Shown one piece after another: positions 14,734-30,053 of a stretch of 64,000 bases of DNA. The notes under the pieces were generated by a model. The model searched no databases. It saw only the letters and a list, made by a program, of their open reading frames with translations, and was not told the origin of the DNA. Positions within the stretch are counted from its first letter, which is position 1. Each line of letters opens with the position of its first letter. This stretch comes from Octopus vulgaris (lineage: Eukaryota). The stretch spans positions 38,068,001 to 38,132,000 of the forward strand of contig OX597821.1 of NCBI GenBank assembly GCA_951406725.2, read 5' to 3'. A program made the position numbers and the translations under genes.

Positions 14734-14788
<55 letters not shown>

Positions 14789-17700
14789 CAATATAATCGG
14801 AGGAGGTGTAAAGGATTAGTTCAATGTGAACGTTTATTATAATGATAGCGATGATATTGACTATTAGTAAAATTAAAAATTAAAATAATACTTGAAGGAG
14901 GTTTAATGGGAAAACGAGGATGACAATAACACTGCTGCCACATCATCATCATCATCAACAGTAATATTTGTAATAATAATAGTAAGGGTAATAATAATAA
15001 TATAGGAAATGAATGCATTAATGAAATAGAGTTAGATATAATGCAAGTTTGTTGTTGTGGTTTATATATCTGACAACAACAGCTATGATGCTTGAAGGAG
15101 AAACTAATGATAGAAGTGTTAGTACTGAAAACTAGGAAATAAATATTATAGAAGTTAACAATAAAAAATGTGCAAAATAGCATGCAAAATGATATAAGAT
15201 TTATTTGAGAGTGAATGAGCAATACGAAAAAGTGCGATAGAGAGAGATTGGTGAAAGTGAATTGTAAAAGAGATAAAAGATTAAGAAATGAAACTGTTTG
15301 AAGAAAGCTTGAAATTGTTCATAGAATTAACTGCTGGGTACAGGTGTGGTACAATTTATAAATCGTATATTATTGACATGGGATCTGTAAAGGTAGTGGT
15401 GATGTATATAGGTGAGAGTTAAGCGAAAAGAAAAAGGAAAGGAAGATGAAACTAGAAGAAACGGAGGGAAAATGGGGAGTAGGTGGAAAGAGGAGAGAAA
15501 ATAAAGGAAAAGGTGAGAAAAGAAGGCTGAGAAAAAGTGGAAATTAAAACGTTGATGACGAGGAGTAAGAAATAGAAGATAACGATAATCTAATGTGAGT
15601 AAATGTAATATTTAAAGTTAGAGGAGAAAATTATGATTTAAGAAAAGAATTTAAGGAAGAGTATGAGATTAAAAAGTGAAAATAAGTTATTGTGAAAAGC
15701 TGGAACTGTTTGGAAGAAAGAATGTATAGATTGAAGATAAACGCTAAAGCCCATGGACTGTAGGACGATACCTGCAAATTAATGTCAAATTAACATAGAA
15801 AAGCTGTCCATTTCCTTCAGTTTATGAAATTATATACAGATAGAGATGTAGGTTGTTTGGTTGGTAACTAAATGAAAAAGATGAATTTATTGATAACAAA
15901 CGTATAAGCGGGACTGAGATGACAACGCATTACGAATTTAGTGTTCAGATTCTGCTTCATAGAGTAATTATCTGTCTCACCCTCAGAAGTTACCATTGTT
16001 CATCTACTAACTCATATTTATCCCCACTATTTTCATGGATATTTAATTACTCATTAACAGGAAATGTTAGTTTCTCTGTGATCTTTTTGGCTCACGTAAC
16101 CATGTTATTTCGTGTAACTAAATCGACAACATCTTTGTAAAGAAACTTCAAGAAACTGACAATTGTGGGAATGTATTTATAAATTACGTGGTCTGCAAAA
16201 AGTCATCTTTTATATCTTAGAAGGTGTGTCGCAAACAAATAATATGCCATAGTTTATTGTAGTTTACTATATGCTCTGATAATTCTGTGCTAAAGACAGC
16301 ATATAACCTAATACAAAGTATTTCATTCTCGATTTTTAAATCTTTTCGGAAATTTCATCCTAATGGGAGGTATATATAATGTTCATAATTATCAGGTACC
16401 TTTTAGTTTATTTAATGTGATCAAAGCTCTTGAATCTATTTAAATGTTTTATCTCAATAACGGTATAGCTCAATATAAATTCTAACCTTCCAAATTAAAA
16501 GTCGAATTAAATTATTTAATTATACATTAACCTACAATTGACGTGTAGTTGAGTGAAGTTATATGCATGGAATATTTCTGCCTGTGAATGTCGTAGAGTA
16601 ATCTGATTTTTCAAACTTCAATCTGATAAGTTTTAAGAATCACTATCAATATATAGAATAAACAGTTATATTATACTCAAGAATGTAGTTTGGTAAAATG
16701 TGTATGGAATCTAATCTGATTTACATTAAATTATTGATCCGTAAAGGGAATGCATTGGCAACATTTAGCTTTAATCGTGATTATCCATGAACGTCTTTTT
16801 AAGAAAACTGACATATTGACACGATAAAACAAAATAGCAATTCTTTAGAAAAGCTTAAATATATTAGATTCCTTGGAATAGTTTTAGACAAAACAATGAT
16901 TACGAGTGTCACAATTTATGAAAGTACAAAATAAAAAAAAAACACACAGCAAATTCCGATCTCAATCCTTCATACATCACAACAACATTATGCATTGCAG
17001 TGTATTTTTAAACACAGAAGTAAACAACTTATTGAAAAAATGATTTCCATTTCGACTTTTCCATTCTTTTTCTTATATTATTCTGCAAAATGTCAAGATA
17101 CGAATTTAATGGTTTTACAAAGATTGCATAAAGAATATTCTGCTAAATTTGACAAGTAAAGGTAATGCACGTTGCTTACAGAACAATTCCAGTCTGCGTA
17201 TATTAAATCGAAATAAATGGAAAATGAAACAACAAGACACAGTAGTTGCTTCTAAAGTATTACTTTCAAAACCGTAATTCCATAAAATAATGGTAATCGT
17301 TTGAATATTTAATAACAAATATATATTAAAGTCATTCCTTCATATTTTAAAATTAGCCAAAATCTATTTTAGTTGACAACTAAAATTTGAATCGATGGAG
17401 ATAAAGATTCCGATTGTTATTAGCAATCTCAACAGAAACCTTCCTAAAATCTAGTTCTATGTATGAAATAAGTAATGAGATACAGTGGAGAACTTGCGAA
17501 TTTCTAAATAGAAATCTGCTGCAATTGACGAGGAATTACGATTTCAAAATCGTGCAACACAAATCATGCATGCAGCTTGTGTTTGTGCAAGCTCTAAGGG
17601 ACAAAAAATAGTTTAATTATGTTAAATACTTACGTTATGACTTTACATATTTATTTCCCATCTCTGTTCGATGAACTCGTTCATGACAAATTTCCATGTT

Positions 17701-18860
17701 AGCGTTGGGGATTAAATATATGAGTATTTGAAGTAGTTTTAAAATAAACTTGAAGTAAAAGCACATTAAATAGATTACAAATCTTTATCATTAAAACTGT
17801 GCAAAGACTCAATGCTTAAAGTGCTTCATTTTGTTCTTTGATGTTTTAAGTGTATCGTAATAGTTTTATTACTAAAGAACGGGTGTAATAAATTTCAAAC
17901 ATAACTCCATGGCATTATGTTCTAATAAATTATCTTCAAAGGTAAATGGTGAGAGTTTACTCCAGGCGTTTCTATCCTAGGTGTCATATTTTACATTATA
18001 TGAAGGCTAATGCAAATGTTTAAAAATATATTATACTCATGAGCAACATATGTTTCATCTGAGATGCAAAATACAATAGACACAACAGATGTTTATACTC
18101 TACGATTCCGACTACTAGCAACGTCAGTGATAAATATTTCGATGCGGATATAAATACAAAATCTTTACAATCCAATAATAGCTATTACCTAAGATCATGC
18201 ATAATAATCTTACTTATTCCATTTTAATTTCCACGTTGTCAGTTCTGTTTGCAATATATCATTCGAGCTTGGAAGCAACTGTTAATATAGCTCATATAGG
18301 CAAGCATAAACGTATATATTCACCCACACAAACACGAACATGCAAACACACATATTTATATATAATTCACACATGTACATCGAAATGAGATGCAAGGACG
18401 GTCATATTAAGAATTCCTTCCCATCTTCGACTTCTGATTTTTTTTCTAATGGTGTTGTTTACGTCAAGTCATTCTGCTGTGTTGTTTTGCCTTCTGTATA
18501 TGATCTTCGGGCAATTACAATTAAATTATCCACACCGAAGAAACACATGCTAATCACGTAATAGGCGTTGTTTTTATGTTTGTGGTCAGAGGATGCCTAT
18601 ATCTGTACGTAATATCAATACATATGATTCTTCAGACATTTATAAAAACATATAATAGTCGTGGTAAAAGCTGCAAATCTAAATCTCGGTTGGAAAGTTA
18701 TCTTTTTTTCATCTCATTAACAAAGAATGGTGAGTCGACTTCCCTCATACTGACATGCATGCGTACGCACACAACAGGGCACACACTCTCTCTCTCGTCC
18801 CCCACATATTTATATATACATACATACATACATACATACATACATACATACACATACACT

Positions 18861-18911
<51 letters not shown>

Positions 18912-19084
18912 ATGTGTAGACACGCCTATAAACGTACACATACGTGTCTGGAATTACGCTGTTGGGATTACTGGATACTGGGACCAATGTCAAGATTTGG
19001 AGATGATACCCTAAAATTGAAAGTCTTAGAGAAATAGGAGATCTGTACATGATTGCATTGATACTATGGGGAAATACAGATTAA

Positions 19085-19282
19085 TCTTTTCTACTCTAGG
19101 CACAAGGCCCGTAATTTTTGGTGGGAGGGGGCCAGTACTCAATTAGTACTTAACTTATCTACCTTGAAAGGATGAAAGACAAAGTAGACCTCGGCGGAAT
19201 TTGAACAAAGATCGTAAAGACAGACGAAATGCCGCTAAGCATTTCGCCCCGCGTGCTAACGTTTCTGCCACCTCGCCGCCTT
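19085..19282 (-). mobile_element. tRNA-derived SINE family B
   Basis: Reverse complement of ggcggcgag..gcagaaacgttagcacg..gttcaaattccgccgaggtc..tttcatcctttc.. Confidence 0.8.
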
Positions 19283-21047
19283 ATGCAGATTATTTTTATA
19301 AGAAGGGTTATTATGTGGACGATAGAATGAACGCTCAATGTTTGTGTAGTGGAGTAATTTTTTGTCTGATCTCGGAGACCCTCATAAGGTCATGGGTATA
19401 GCCTCCTCCTCCTGAATAATTGACCAATAAAAAAAAGAAATGTAAGTAAATATTAATCTTTGAGCATTCCCGTTAACAGATATTTCTTAAATTCCATATT
19501 GAGCTTAATTTTTTGATTTTAGTATGTATATATAAACTAAGCTTTCATACACACATGCAATTAAGTATCATTAATATTATTGAAATATAATGTATGTTAC
19601 AGGTAAATTGTATTTGTGCAATGAAATGAAATAACATTTTGTATGCATTATCTTCTCAAATATCAAAATATACAATCAAATATAATCATAAATAGATTCT
19701 ACTCAGACATTGATCTATATTAGCAAATTCATAAAAATAAGATATAACAAACATATTGTTCTCAGTATTGGTTGGACGAGTGCAGCACGATTTTCCATAG
19801 CATTTATAGTAGAGTGTTCAAACAACAATTAATCATTTCTTAATTGCATGTCACATAGGAGCTGTGTCATAAAAGCAATGCTTAATTGATAAGGCTAAAG
19901 AAAACAATAGCTTTCTTAATCAGAACTTTTTCTCCATTCTAGACTTTGCTTTATTACTCTTGGTACTTTCATGGAATATTGTTCTATACAGATAATTAGC
20001 AAAACATTATTTGCAGTAGAAAAATACTATATTAGCCAGTGATCATCAATAATGTTTTCATTTTTATATTATTGTCATTTTTTTTACCTAATTGTATAGA
20101 CTGAATGATATTCTTCTTAGTTGCCAGGGCATTTATGGTAACCCTTTTTATTTTTTTCTTGCATGCCTGCATGGAAATTGTTTTTACATGGTTGACGGTA
20201 AGTTTATTTCTGTGTATCGCTTCATATTGTTACTGATTCATGGATTTATGCAAATGTCAAATATTTATGTTATCTCAACCTCTTTCAATGGTTAACTAAG
20301 TATATCATCAGATTCGATACTCCCAGATATTATAAACACACACACGCACACAAGACAGAGGTTTTCCTTCGGAACATAAATAAAAACACACAAAGACAGA
20401 TCCACATAGTCTGAAGTCTACTGGCAAAATCTTTAGCTTGTCGAGCACAATGGTTCTTTTATTTGTTCTGGTCCTGCACTTTGATTTATAATCCTGATTA
20501 AGTCAACTTTGACTTGCATCATTTCGAGGTCAATAAAAATGCACTAACCGAGACCCGTTCGTTGTATTGGCGAAACTGCATGTTACTTGCGGTTCTGATT
20601 TCTCAATTTAAATATCGCAATGGACAACATATGCTCTGTCTGGCTCTCGGTTTAAAACCATTACCTGGTTTTTTGGGTATCTTTTCTAAGTATTGAAGCC
20701 TGGTCTCGGTTTTGAGCACACCTCGATATTCCAGTAGTCTCGGAGGCTATAGAAAGGCTCATAGCTTTTGCTTTTCCCTTCAATAAAAAATAAAAAAGTA
20801 TGTATTTTAATATACTTCATTTCAACCTGAAACTCTATGTCATCTCTCAGCCAATCTACGTGCCTACCTATATAAATTTTATTTTTTTAATTAACGAGGT
20901 ACTCATATACAAACATTGTACAGTAATATGCAGTAAAAACTAACTACTCGGCTAAGATAGGTCTGAATGCAGGCATAGATATGCGTGCATATGACTATAT
21001 ACACATACACACAAAGAAATATAGTACATGAACAGATATTCACACAT

Positions 21048-21320
<273 letters not shown>

Positions 21321-23519
21321 ACATATATTCTGTGTATCGTATTCTGACTTCTGTTCCACTTTTAAATCCACGTTCCACAAAGTCTGTTTGACAGTCAAAT
21401 TTAGAGGTATTTTTATAGCGGATATTTGATGGTTGTGCAACACAAGTTAAAACGTAAATTATAATGAGTAAATATTTTCCCTCAACTTCTTTGGATTAAA
21501 TATGTTGATTTCTTAGAACACAGATTTAAATTAAATTGCTACTATAATGATTATTATTTTTCTGTTTTATTTGCCTTATTGATCTATTATTTACTGCCAG
21601 CAAGTTTTTCAAATAGCTAAATTCGGTTATAAGTTTGCATTGCTCGTACACAAACTTTAACGAGCATATTAATTTGATTAACACTAATAAATTCAATCAT
21701 TTTATTTTAAGTTCTGATTCCTATTCCTCTATTTATGTTGCTTCATTCATTGAGATGTTTTTCAGTATAATTTGATTAAGAAATAATTAATTGAATATTT
21801 TACGCCTATAGAATTGACATTTTCGTTTTATATTTTATTTTATCTTAATTCAAATATGGGTTGTATTTTATTTCGGTAAGTTTAGAAAATACTCTTTGTT
21901 ATTAATGTTTTAATGGAATTCAGAAAGTAAACCCTTCTGTAATCTTCAAATAAATCGTTTTCAGAAATATTAAAAAATGTCCAGCTCATTGTATCAATGA
22001 AAACTGGTCCTCTGAGGATTCCATTAATTTTGTAGCGCTAATGTTTTATATTTTTGTTAACATTCGATATTTACTCCTTCACTTTTATACATTTAAAATT
22101 CGTAGTACAACGTGTATAAGATTATATTAGCAATATGCAGATTTCCGTTTATTCAGTAGAAAAATACGATTAAGTTTCCAGAGATATAAAATTATTAATC
22201 AATGCAAGATAACTTTATTGATTTAATATATCGTTAATCTATCTTTTTATGCATTATTATTCCAAAATGACTATTACAAGCGAAAATATGTCATTTTCGA
22301 AAGATGTATGAAATATTAACGCTTCCCTGACAACTGTCAATATAATACTCAACAATAAAAAGGGATCCTACTATGTTTCCATAAATTATTATTTTTTTTC
22401 ATTCAATGCTAATTCTTGTGGAATCTTACGAAATCACTAAGAAAAAGCTCTTTTTAGAATTTAAACATTGCTTCGTTTTCCATCGGATATCTAGAGAAGC
22501 AGTGAACATTCTGTTGCAAATCTCAGATCAGATACCTAATAAGTGTTTGTTGTTTGTTTTCATGTCATAAGTTGTCGTAAACAGATATCTAATTTCAAAT
22601 CCTTTTTAAAGAACAAAAATCTTTAAAATGATTAAATACGTTCAATATTTATGCTCCACTTGATCGGGGAGACATTAAGTCTTAATTGATCTTTACTGTT
22701 AATTAAGTCATAATTGCACATTGTTATTTACTTTTTGGATAGAATACATCCCCTTTCATTAATAGTCTCAGGGGCTTTATTGTGATATTTTTACAAAGTT
22801 TTAGGAATTTAAATCCAAATTGCCAGATCATATTCCGAAATCATTTTGTTGCCAAATTTCTTTCACTTGGCATTTCTCATAACAGGGGACAGGGTTAGGA
22901 CATAAATAAATGTTCTTTAGACCGATCAGTTAGGCGTTAGCCAGACCATAGTGTACACATAGGAACCTCTGTCGTCCAATACTGACCGTACATCGGAACA
23001 TATGCAGGTCAGGGCAAAATATAATGAGGAAACCTGCCATACATAGAGTTTCTTCTTTCTCAGATACCGATATTTCTTCGAGAAAAAGATCGCATATATA
23101 TATATATATATATATATATAAGATCCGAGGATCGAGTTGTACAACTAGGAACGCGCAAATGTGAGAAAAGTACCTGCGAACCATTAAGCCACATCCTGTT
23201 ATTTATTGTTGACTGTAAGATACACCACTTTACTGTCATCAAAGAATTTTCAGTAAACGATCACCCTAATTTTTTTATAATCTATAGAAATTTTACAAAA
23301 TACGTCATATGTTTAACTTCTAATGGGAAGGCTTAAATAAATTTCTCTCAATTATGTGAAACGAAAACGCTTTGAAAGAGTATCTCTCCTGCTGTACTCC
23401 CAGTGTCCCATCGTCTATGGTGTAATGTAGACAAATTTAGGCAACAATCACACACAATGTTGTGGAAAATTAAGCCAAATCAAATCCTTACTGAGTGTGT
23501 ATGATTTCTGTACAGTATG

Positions 23520-24076
23520 ATACATACATAAATACATACATGATGGCTGCAAACTCATGTTCGAGTATTGCCATCGCCTTATTGAAAGTCCCACATATGC
23601 GAAGGCTACGACCAGCCATTTTTGTGACAGGTCTTATTTTTCAAGCGATGCCTGTGCATGATTTCTTATAGTGGGGGAAGGATTTTCACAAATCCAGTCT
23701 CACTCTCTGAACAGGGACAACATAAACTCGAAAAGAAGAACTCGTCTGCATCATCGAATATTGTCAGTGTCGCAGGTTTTCTCTCTTTCCCTCTCCCAGA
23801 GAGATGTTGTGACATCAACAGAGAGGTCACCCACTCCCAATAGGCCAACCGTGCGCCAGGACACCATTCATACATGCGCACATACACATGCACACATAAT
23901 GTTGGATGGCTTTTGACTGCTCATGAGCTCTTTCGCCCTTTGACAGGTTTTGCTTTTCGTCCTGCAGAGTGTCCAACAATCATCTTCCTTACCAGCAAGC
24001 TTGATGGGGTTGCCAGTTTAGTCGCCGACGACCCGACCATGCAACAAGCTGTACTGGGTTACATGTTACCAGTAGC
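23520..24076 (-). mobile_element. Non-autonomous RTE-related element with (CATA)n tail, copy 1
   Basis: Both ends are reverse-complement homologous to 57261-57800 (ctactggtaacatgtaacccagtaca...ggtcgggtcgtcggcgactaaac; 3' gcagcca(t/c)catgtatg). Confidence 0.7.
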
Positions 24077-24132
24077 ACCAAAGAGAGAACTGTCACAACA
24101 CACACACACTCACACACACGCACACACACACA

Positions 24133-24191
<59 letters not shown>

Positions 24192-24194
24192 ATT

Positions 24195-24620
24195 TCTTTC
24201 AAATTTTGAGTTGTGTGGGAACTCGTTAACATATCGACTCCAGTTCTAAAATGGTAGTTGTTTTATCGAACTCCAAGGGATGAACGGCAAAGTCGACCTC
24301 GATAGCATTTGAACTAACAATCTAAAGAGATGGAAGAAATGATGCTAAACATTCTGTCCACTCCGGGAATGATTTTCCAGTTGCCAGTCTTATGTATAGA
24401 AATATTGTTTTCAAATTTTAACACAAGGACAGCAGTTTCGGAGGAGAGGGTAAGTTGATTGCATCGACCCCATTGTTCAGCTGGTGCTTATTTTATCGAC
24501 CCCAAAAAGATGAAAGGTAAAGTCGACCCCGGTGGAATCCGAACTCACAATGAAAAGACGAGCTAAATGCTGATAAGCGACTTGCCCAGTGTTTCACAGA
24601 TTTTGCCAGGACGCCGCTTT
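24195..24620 (-). mobile_element. SINE family B, two head-to-tail diverged copies
   Basis: Two units, each containing tttatcga..gatgaa.g.aaagtcgacc. Confidence 0.7.
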
Positions 24621-26619
24621 ATCTATAGAAATACTGGAAGCCAAAATATAATGAAGCTTATCATTATAGAGCGGTGGAAAATGGAAACTCGCATGGAATT
24701 CCTGAGTGCATGATGATGACGACGACAATTACGACAACGACGAAGACGATGATAGAACGATCTGATTTTGATATATTTTTCTCCTTTAATTGTATTTCTT
24801 TATGAAACGCATGGCATCAATCGACTCTTAGCTTCCATATATTCTTTTCAGTGCGCGGAATCTTATTTTCGTTTATTCTGATTTCTTCCTGTCAGTATTC
24901 ATTCCAGACTATTACTTCTTTACAAACTATAGAATTTATGACTCATTGACTTATGTGATCGGAATCTAGATTGTGTTTTTGAAAATGATTCACCAGAAGC
25001 TTATCTTGTACATCATAATACACCTGTCGTTTATTATCCTAGAAATGAAGAACGTAGGTTCATTGTTGTTTGTTTGTCTTTTATTTGTTTCTAAATGATT
25101 ATGGAGATTCAGTAGACATAAGTTTTCCAGCCACAAATTTCTTTTCTGTTAAACTCCTATCAATGAAGCCAGTGTATATTACTAACTATATGAACAATAA
25201 ATCTGCTTCATTGAAACAATATATATTTCAGGGTTAAGTCGAGTTCACATTTCCATTGTTTTATATATGTATATTTTCTTACTTGTTGTTTTCACTTCAG
25301 TAATATATGTTTACTATAGTTTTACAATCATTCTACAAAATACATATCGATCTTTACTACTGTGTAAACTGAGTGCAAGATAAATTGAAAGTCCAGTCAT
25401 TAAGAAAGGGTATAACAAAGGTTAAAATAAATGAAAACTCGGAGGTGTGGACGACTGCCAGGTTCAGTTGAAAAATATTTTTAAATAGTTATTAAATTTA
25501 TTAATCGATTTCGAGCATCGATAATCAAATGGAACATTATTTCAATATTTCCGTTCACAGTATAGCAATTTTCTATCACTGTTTGCTATTATGAGTCAAA
25601 AAGTGGCTGTAATAATGTCCAGATTAATCATTCTAACGACGCAGCTCAGTTCTATGTTTGATTTCTTAAAACGACGAAGACAATTTTTATGACACCACTG
25701 AGTAGTGGTTGTAAGGAAACACCTCAGAAATGTTTATTTATTAACACTCACCAGTGCTAATTGTAATGAGACAGTAAATGCACGCAGATGAGGTCTCTCA
25801 AGGGCAGTTCTAACGCTGCAATTCGGTGTCGCTTTTTGCGAAATAGTTCAGTGGCAGTTGTAATGTCAAAGTAAATATGTTTTGGTTCACTGTCAAAAGT
25901 ATGATTTGGTTGTAATGAAATAACTCAGTGTTTTGTAGAATGAGGTCTTAGAAATCTTTTAATGACGTGACTCATTAGGATATGATTTGTGGAGGATTTA
26001 ACTGCTATTTTAGCGAATAAAGTCGGGGATGTAGACTCTTTCAAACGTAAATTTCCCGATTTAAAATGACTAAACTTTTGATGTATCACTGTTATAAAAA
26101 TTGATCGTTGTTCGACTGAACTAAGAATCTGTGTTCAACGGTTGAAAATATAAACATAGTTTTTGTGTATACAGTTTGTATTGTATATGCAGAACGAGCA
26201 AGTATTTCGTAGCATTATTGATTAAATAATACGGAAACATTCTACATTAAACGTATAATTTGTGGCCAACAAATCTCTCATACAAGAGCTTGCAAAGCAT
26301 ATAGGAAGTATTTGAAGATTTTGTAATAAAAAGATGAATTATGAGAGGAAACAAAAGAATTCACAAAAACGAGTAACTGAACACAGTCGCTAAGCTCCGT
26401 CTTCTTCACAAGTTTTTACTGAATTGGAACGACTGGTGGAATTTTCAGGATACTGAAACATAGACATGGTCATTCATGTATATTTAATTTCGTTGATGTT
26501 CAAATGAGCCAAGATTTATGTATGATATTTTCTTATCCACAGTTTGTCCTAAATTTTTCGAAAGTCAACAATGGAAGTCTGGCATCTGCAATATTGTCAA
26601 ATTCCCATTTATAACGCAC

Positions 26620-26682
26620 TTGGTGCCCCAGCAAGGCCGCAGTTTAATGACTGAAACAAGTAATAGATAAAAAATAAAAGAT
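26620..26682 (+). mobile_element. SINE family A 3' fragment
   Basis: ggtgccccagcaaggccgcagtttaatgactgaaacaagtaa matches the family A tail. Confidence 0.65.
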
Positions 26683-28051
26683 ATATGTGTGTATGTGTGT
26701 GTGCTCGCGCGTAATATTTGTTATAACAGAGGGAGATGCTAAAGGAACCATTCTAGACATGCTACTCGCCACAATCAACATTCTAAATACATGTGCATTC
26801 AATTTCGATACTAAAAGACAGCAGCATAAGAATGAATGTAGAAAAATCAGGAGTACAAGTCGACAGAATAGCAGAATAATTAGATACTCTAACGATTTCT
26901 TTGTTTCGTTTGCTACTTGCTTCTGTGCTCAGGAAGATTTAGGAAAGAAAATCCCGTGTTGTATGTAAATAATCTCTCTGCCCTTTGGCCCCAAATGTGT
27001 CTTCTCTGTTTCAAAACAATATTTGTCATGTATAGCTGAAACAAGTAATGTCAGCTAAGTAGTATTTGAATGCGAAGAGGTTAACATAAACAAATACATT
27101 TTTTTGTAATATTTCATCCAAAATACGAAATGTTAAATATAATATTTCGATCAATGCTGCCCAGATATACATGAAATATAGAAACAGGTTATTTTGGTCA
27201 AATGTTGTGGCAATATTTCTATATATTAAAGAGGAATTTCTCTTATTATGGAGGTTAGAGTTTAGGTAGAGAAAACGAATTCGTAATTTGTTTTGTTGAA
27301 TTTTATAATTTATATTTCGTTTTGGGATTTGGTTTGCAAGATTCTTTATGTGAGTTCGTGTGTTGAAGCATATTTTGTTGTGTCTGGGGAGAGTCATTTT
27401 CTTTTTGTGACTTATAATTTAACATACTCACCGCTAAAATTTCCTCTTATGTCTTATTTTTATTTTCCTAAAATTTTCGTTGCGTCTTGCAACCTGTCTT
27501 GACTCTCATATATATAAATTTATATTTAATGTAATAACGATTAATATCTATAGAATGAGATTTAATGGTATTTTGAGAATTACAACTGGTCAAAATAGCG
27601 TACATTAAACCAGCAACCTCGTGGTTTATACTTCCTATCCTCTTATCTATAAAACTGTACTGATTTGTGATTTAGCAAAATACAAATATCTATCGTAACA
27701 TTTACATATTACAAGATATTACAGAATTTCTGAGAACTTCGTTAGGTTTCATCTCTCCGTATAAATTTTCCTCCACATTCAAACAAATGACACACTTATA
27801 TCAAGGCTGAGCTTCATAAAAATAATTTAAAGCATCAAAAATAGAAAACTAAACTAAAATTATGATTTAATAATTTAGTCAATATTTGCATACATGTCAT
27901 AAATAATAAGGCTCGATATTTACGCCTTATTCGTCAATTAATCCTTTCTTTTACGTCATTATATGTGTGCCATCACTAATAAGTCAATCTAAGCCAGGCT
28001 AGCGAACAAACACGGTTCTTAATTAGTTAATCTATTAGCCAGACACTAAGC

Positions 28052-28082
<31 letters not shown>

Positions 28083-28356
28083 CATACATACATACATACA
28101 TACATACATACATACACACATACGCACGCGCCGCGCAGGTGTACACATACACATCTGATACGTGCGTGAGTGTATATTCTTGATTTTAGTGGGATTTCAA
28201 ATTACTCTGTGTAAACAGTGTTCATAGCTTTCTTGGCACGACGCGAGTCGAGAATATCACGTGTTTACCTCGTCTCTTCCATTACTGGAAGTTTAGTAAT
28301 AGGATTCAATTCGAAAGAAATATATGTGTTCATGACCAGGAAATATATTTCCTATC

Positions 28357-28767
28357 ACACACACACACACACACAGCAGACAGAAATACATACACACACA
28401 CGCACACAGACACATACACGCACACAGACACATACATGCACACACACACACACACACGCCCATATATATACACATACACGCACACAGACACTTACACACA
28501 CACAGACATATACTCACATGCACACACACACATACACAGACACACGTACACACATACATGCACTCGCACACACATATACACACACACACACACATATATA
28601 TACGCACACACAGACACATACACACACACGCACACAGACACATACACACACACACATACACAGACACACATACACACATACCCATATATATACACACACA
28701 CAGACATATACACACACACGCACACAAACACATGCACACACACATACACACACACACACACACACAA
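28357..28767. repeat. Imperfect (CA)n array with recurring ACACGCACACAGACACATAC sub-units
   Basis: Direct inspection. Confidence 0.92.
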
Positions 28768-29397
28768 AGATACAACGTGAACATAACGTTACAAATGAAA
28801 TATTGAATTGTATTGTTCTACATAGAAGCATTAACAGAAACAGTGCAGTTTCTTTAGGAAATATTCTATACGAGGTTTCCTATAAAAGTCATTTCACACA
28901 AGTTCCAAGGTTTCTAATAATAGGTCTTTTTACAAATACATATATAAAAAATATTTCTGCTGTGGCCTGGTAAATTAGTTTTACCTAAATATAAGTTTAT
29001 TTTTTATTGTTGATCTCCTCTTGCCAAAATGACTATTTGTCGTCGTCTGATTCAAATATATGGAAGCAGAATTTTGTAACAATTGTAACGATGAGATAAA
29101 ATGAATTTCTTACAAGTTGGTTATCCATACATTACCTGTCTTGCCCTTACCTAGTTTTTATCTAAGTCAATTCGAGCGATTTTGGTGGATAGGATGTGTT
29201 CCAATGGCTAAGAGTTCCGTCTTTAGCCATTCTTCTCTACATACGACTCCATATGTTTTGAGCATGCACTGACACTGAATTTTCTAAAGAGTTTACTCTA
29301 AGGAGTAACATATCAGTTATGTTACTCACAGCTTGTCACTTTGAAAGAATTGCAGTCAGGAGTCAAAGATCAAAATTGAGCAAAATATTTGCTGTAG

Positions 29398-29483
29398 CCC
29401 ATCTTTTATGCTAAGACAGAACAATGTACATGATAACACTTTCAGTCAGTTAAGATCAGAGCCACTGTCTGGTACTGCATCAG
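29398..29483 (+). CDS. Candidate upstream juxtamembrane exon of the RPTP (acceptor uncertain: 29356, 29398 or 29416)
   Basis: Open frame PSFMLRQNNVHDNTFSQLRSEPLSGTAS ends at CAG|GTAATT in phase 1, which matches the phase-1 start (G+AA=Glu) of exon 30131. Confidence 0.5.
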
Positions 29484-29524
29484 GTAATTTTATTGTTGTT
29501 GTTGTTGTTGTTATTATCATTACA

Positions 29525-29735
29525 GGCGGCGAGCTGGCAGAATCGTTAGCATGCTGGACGAAATGCTTAGCGGTATTTCGCCCGCCGCTACGTTCTGAGT
29601 TCAAATTCCGCCGAAGCCGACTTTGCCTTTCATCTTTTCGAGTTAGATAAATTAAATACCAGTGAAACACTGAGGTCAATAAAATCGACTAACCCCCACT
29701 ACCTCCAGATTTCAGGCATTGTGCCTATAATAGTA

Positions 29736-29801
<66 letters not shown>

Positions 29802-29974
29802 TCATGCTTAGTATTTCGCACGTCGCTACTTCTGAGTTCAAATTCCGCCGAGGTCGACATTGCCTTTCATCTTTTCGGGGTCGATAAATTAAGTATCAGT
29901 CAAGTGCAGGGGTTGATGTAATCGACTTATCTCTTACCACCAAATATCAGGCCTTGTGCTTTTATCAGAAAGCA

Positions 29975-29975
<1 letters not shown>
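29525..29975 (+). mobile_element. SINE family B, two copies separated and followed by (ATT)n
   Basis: ggcggcgagctggcagaatcgttagc..gagttcaaattccgccga.. at 29525, and a second, 5'-truncated copy from about 29800. Confidence 0.8.

Positions 29976-30053
<78 letters not shown>

Noticed and set aside
25043-25053. Possible 11-nt microexon (cctAG aaatgaagaac GTAGGT); similarly a 5-nt one near 7447-7451
   Set aside because: Such AG..GT pairs arise often by chance in AT-rich introns, and there is no independent support without RNA data.
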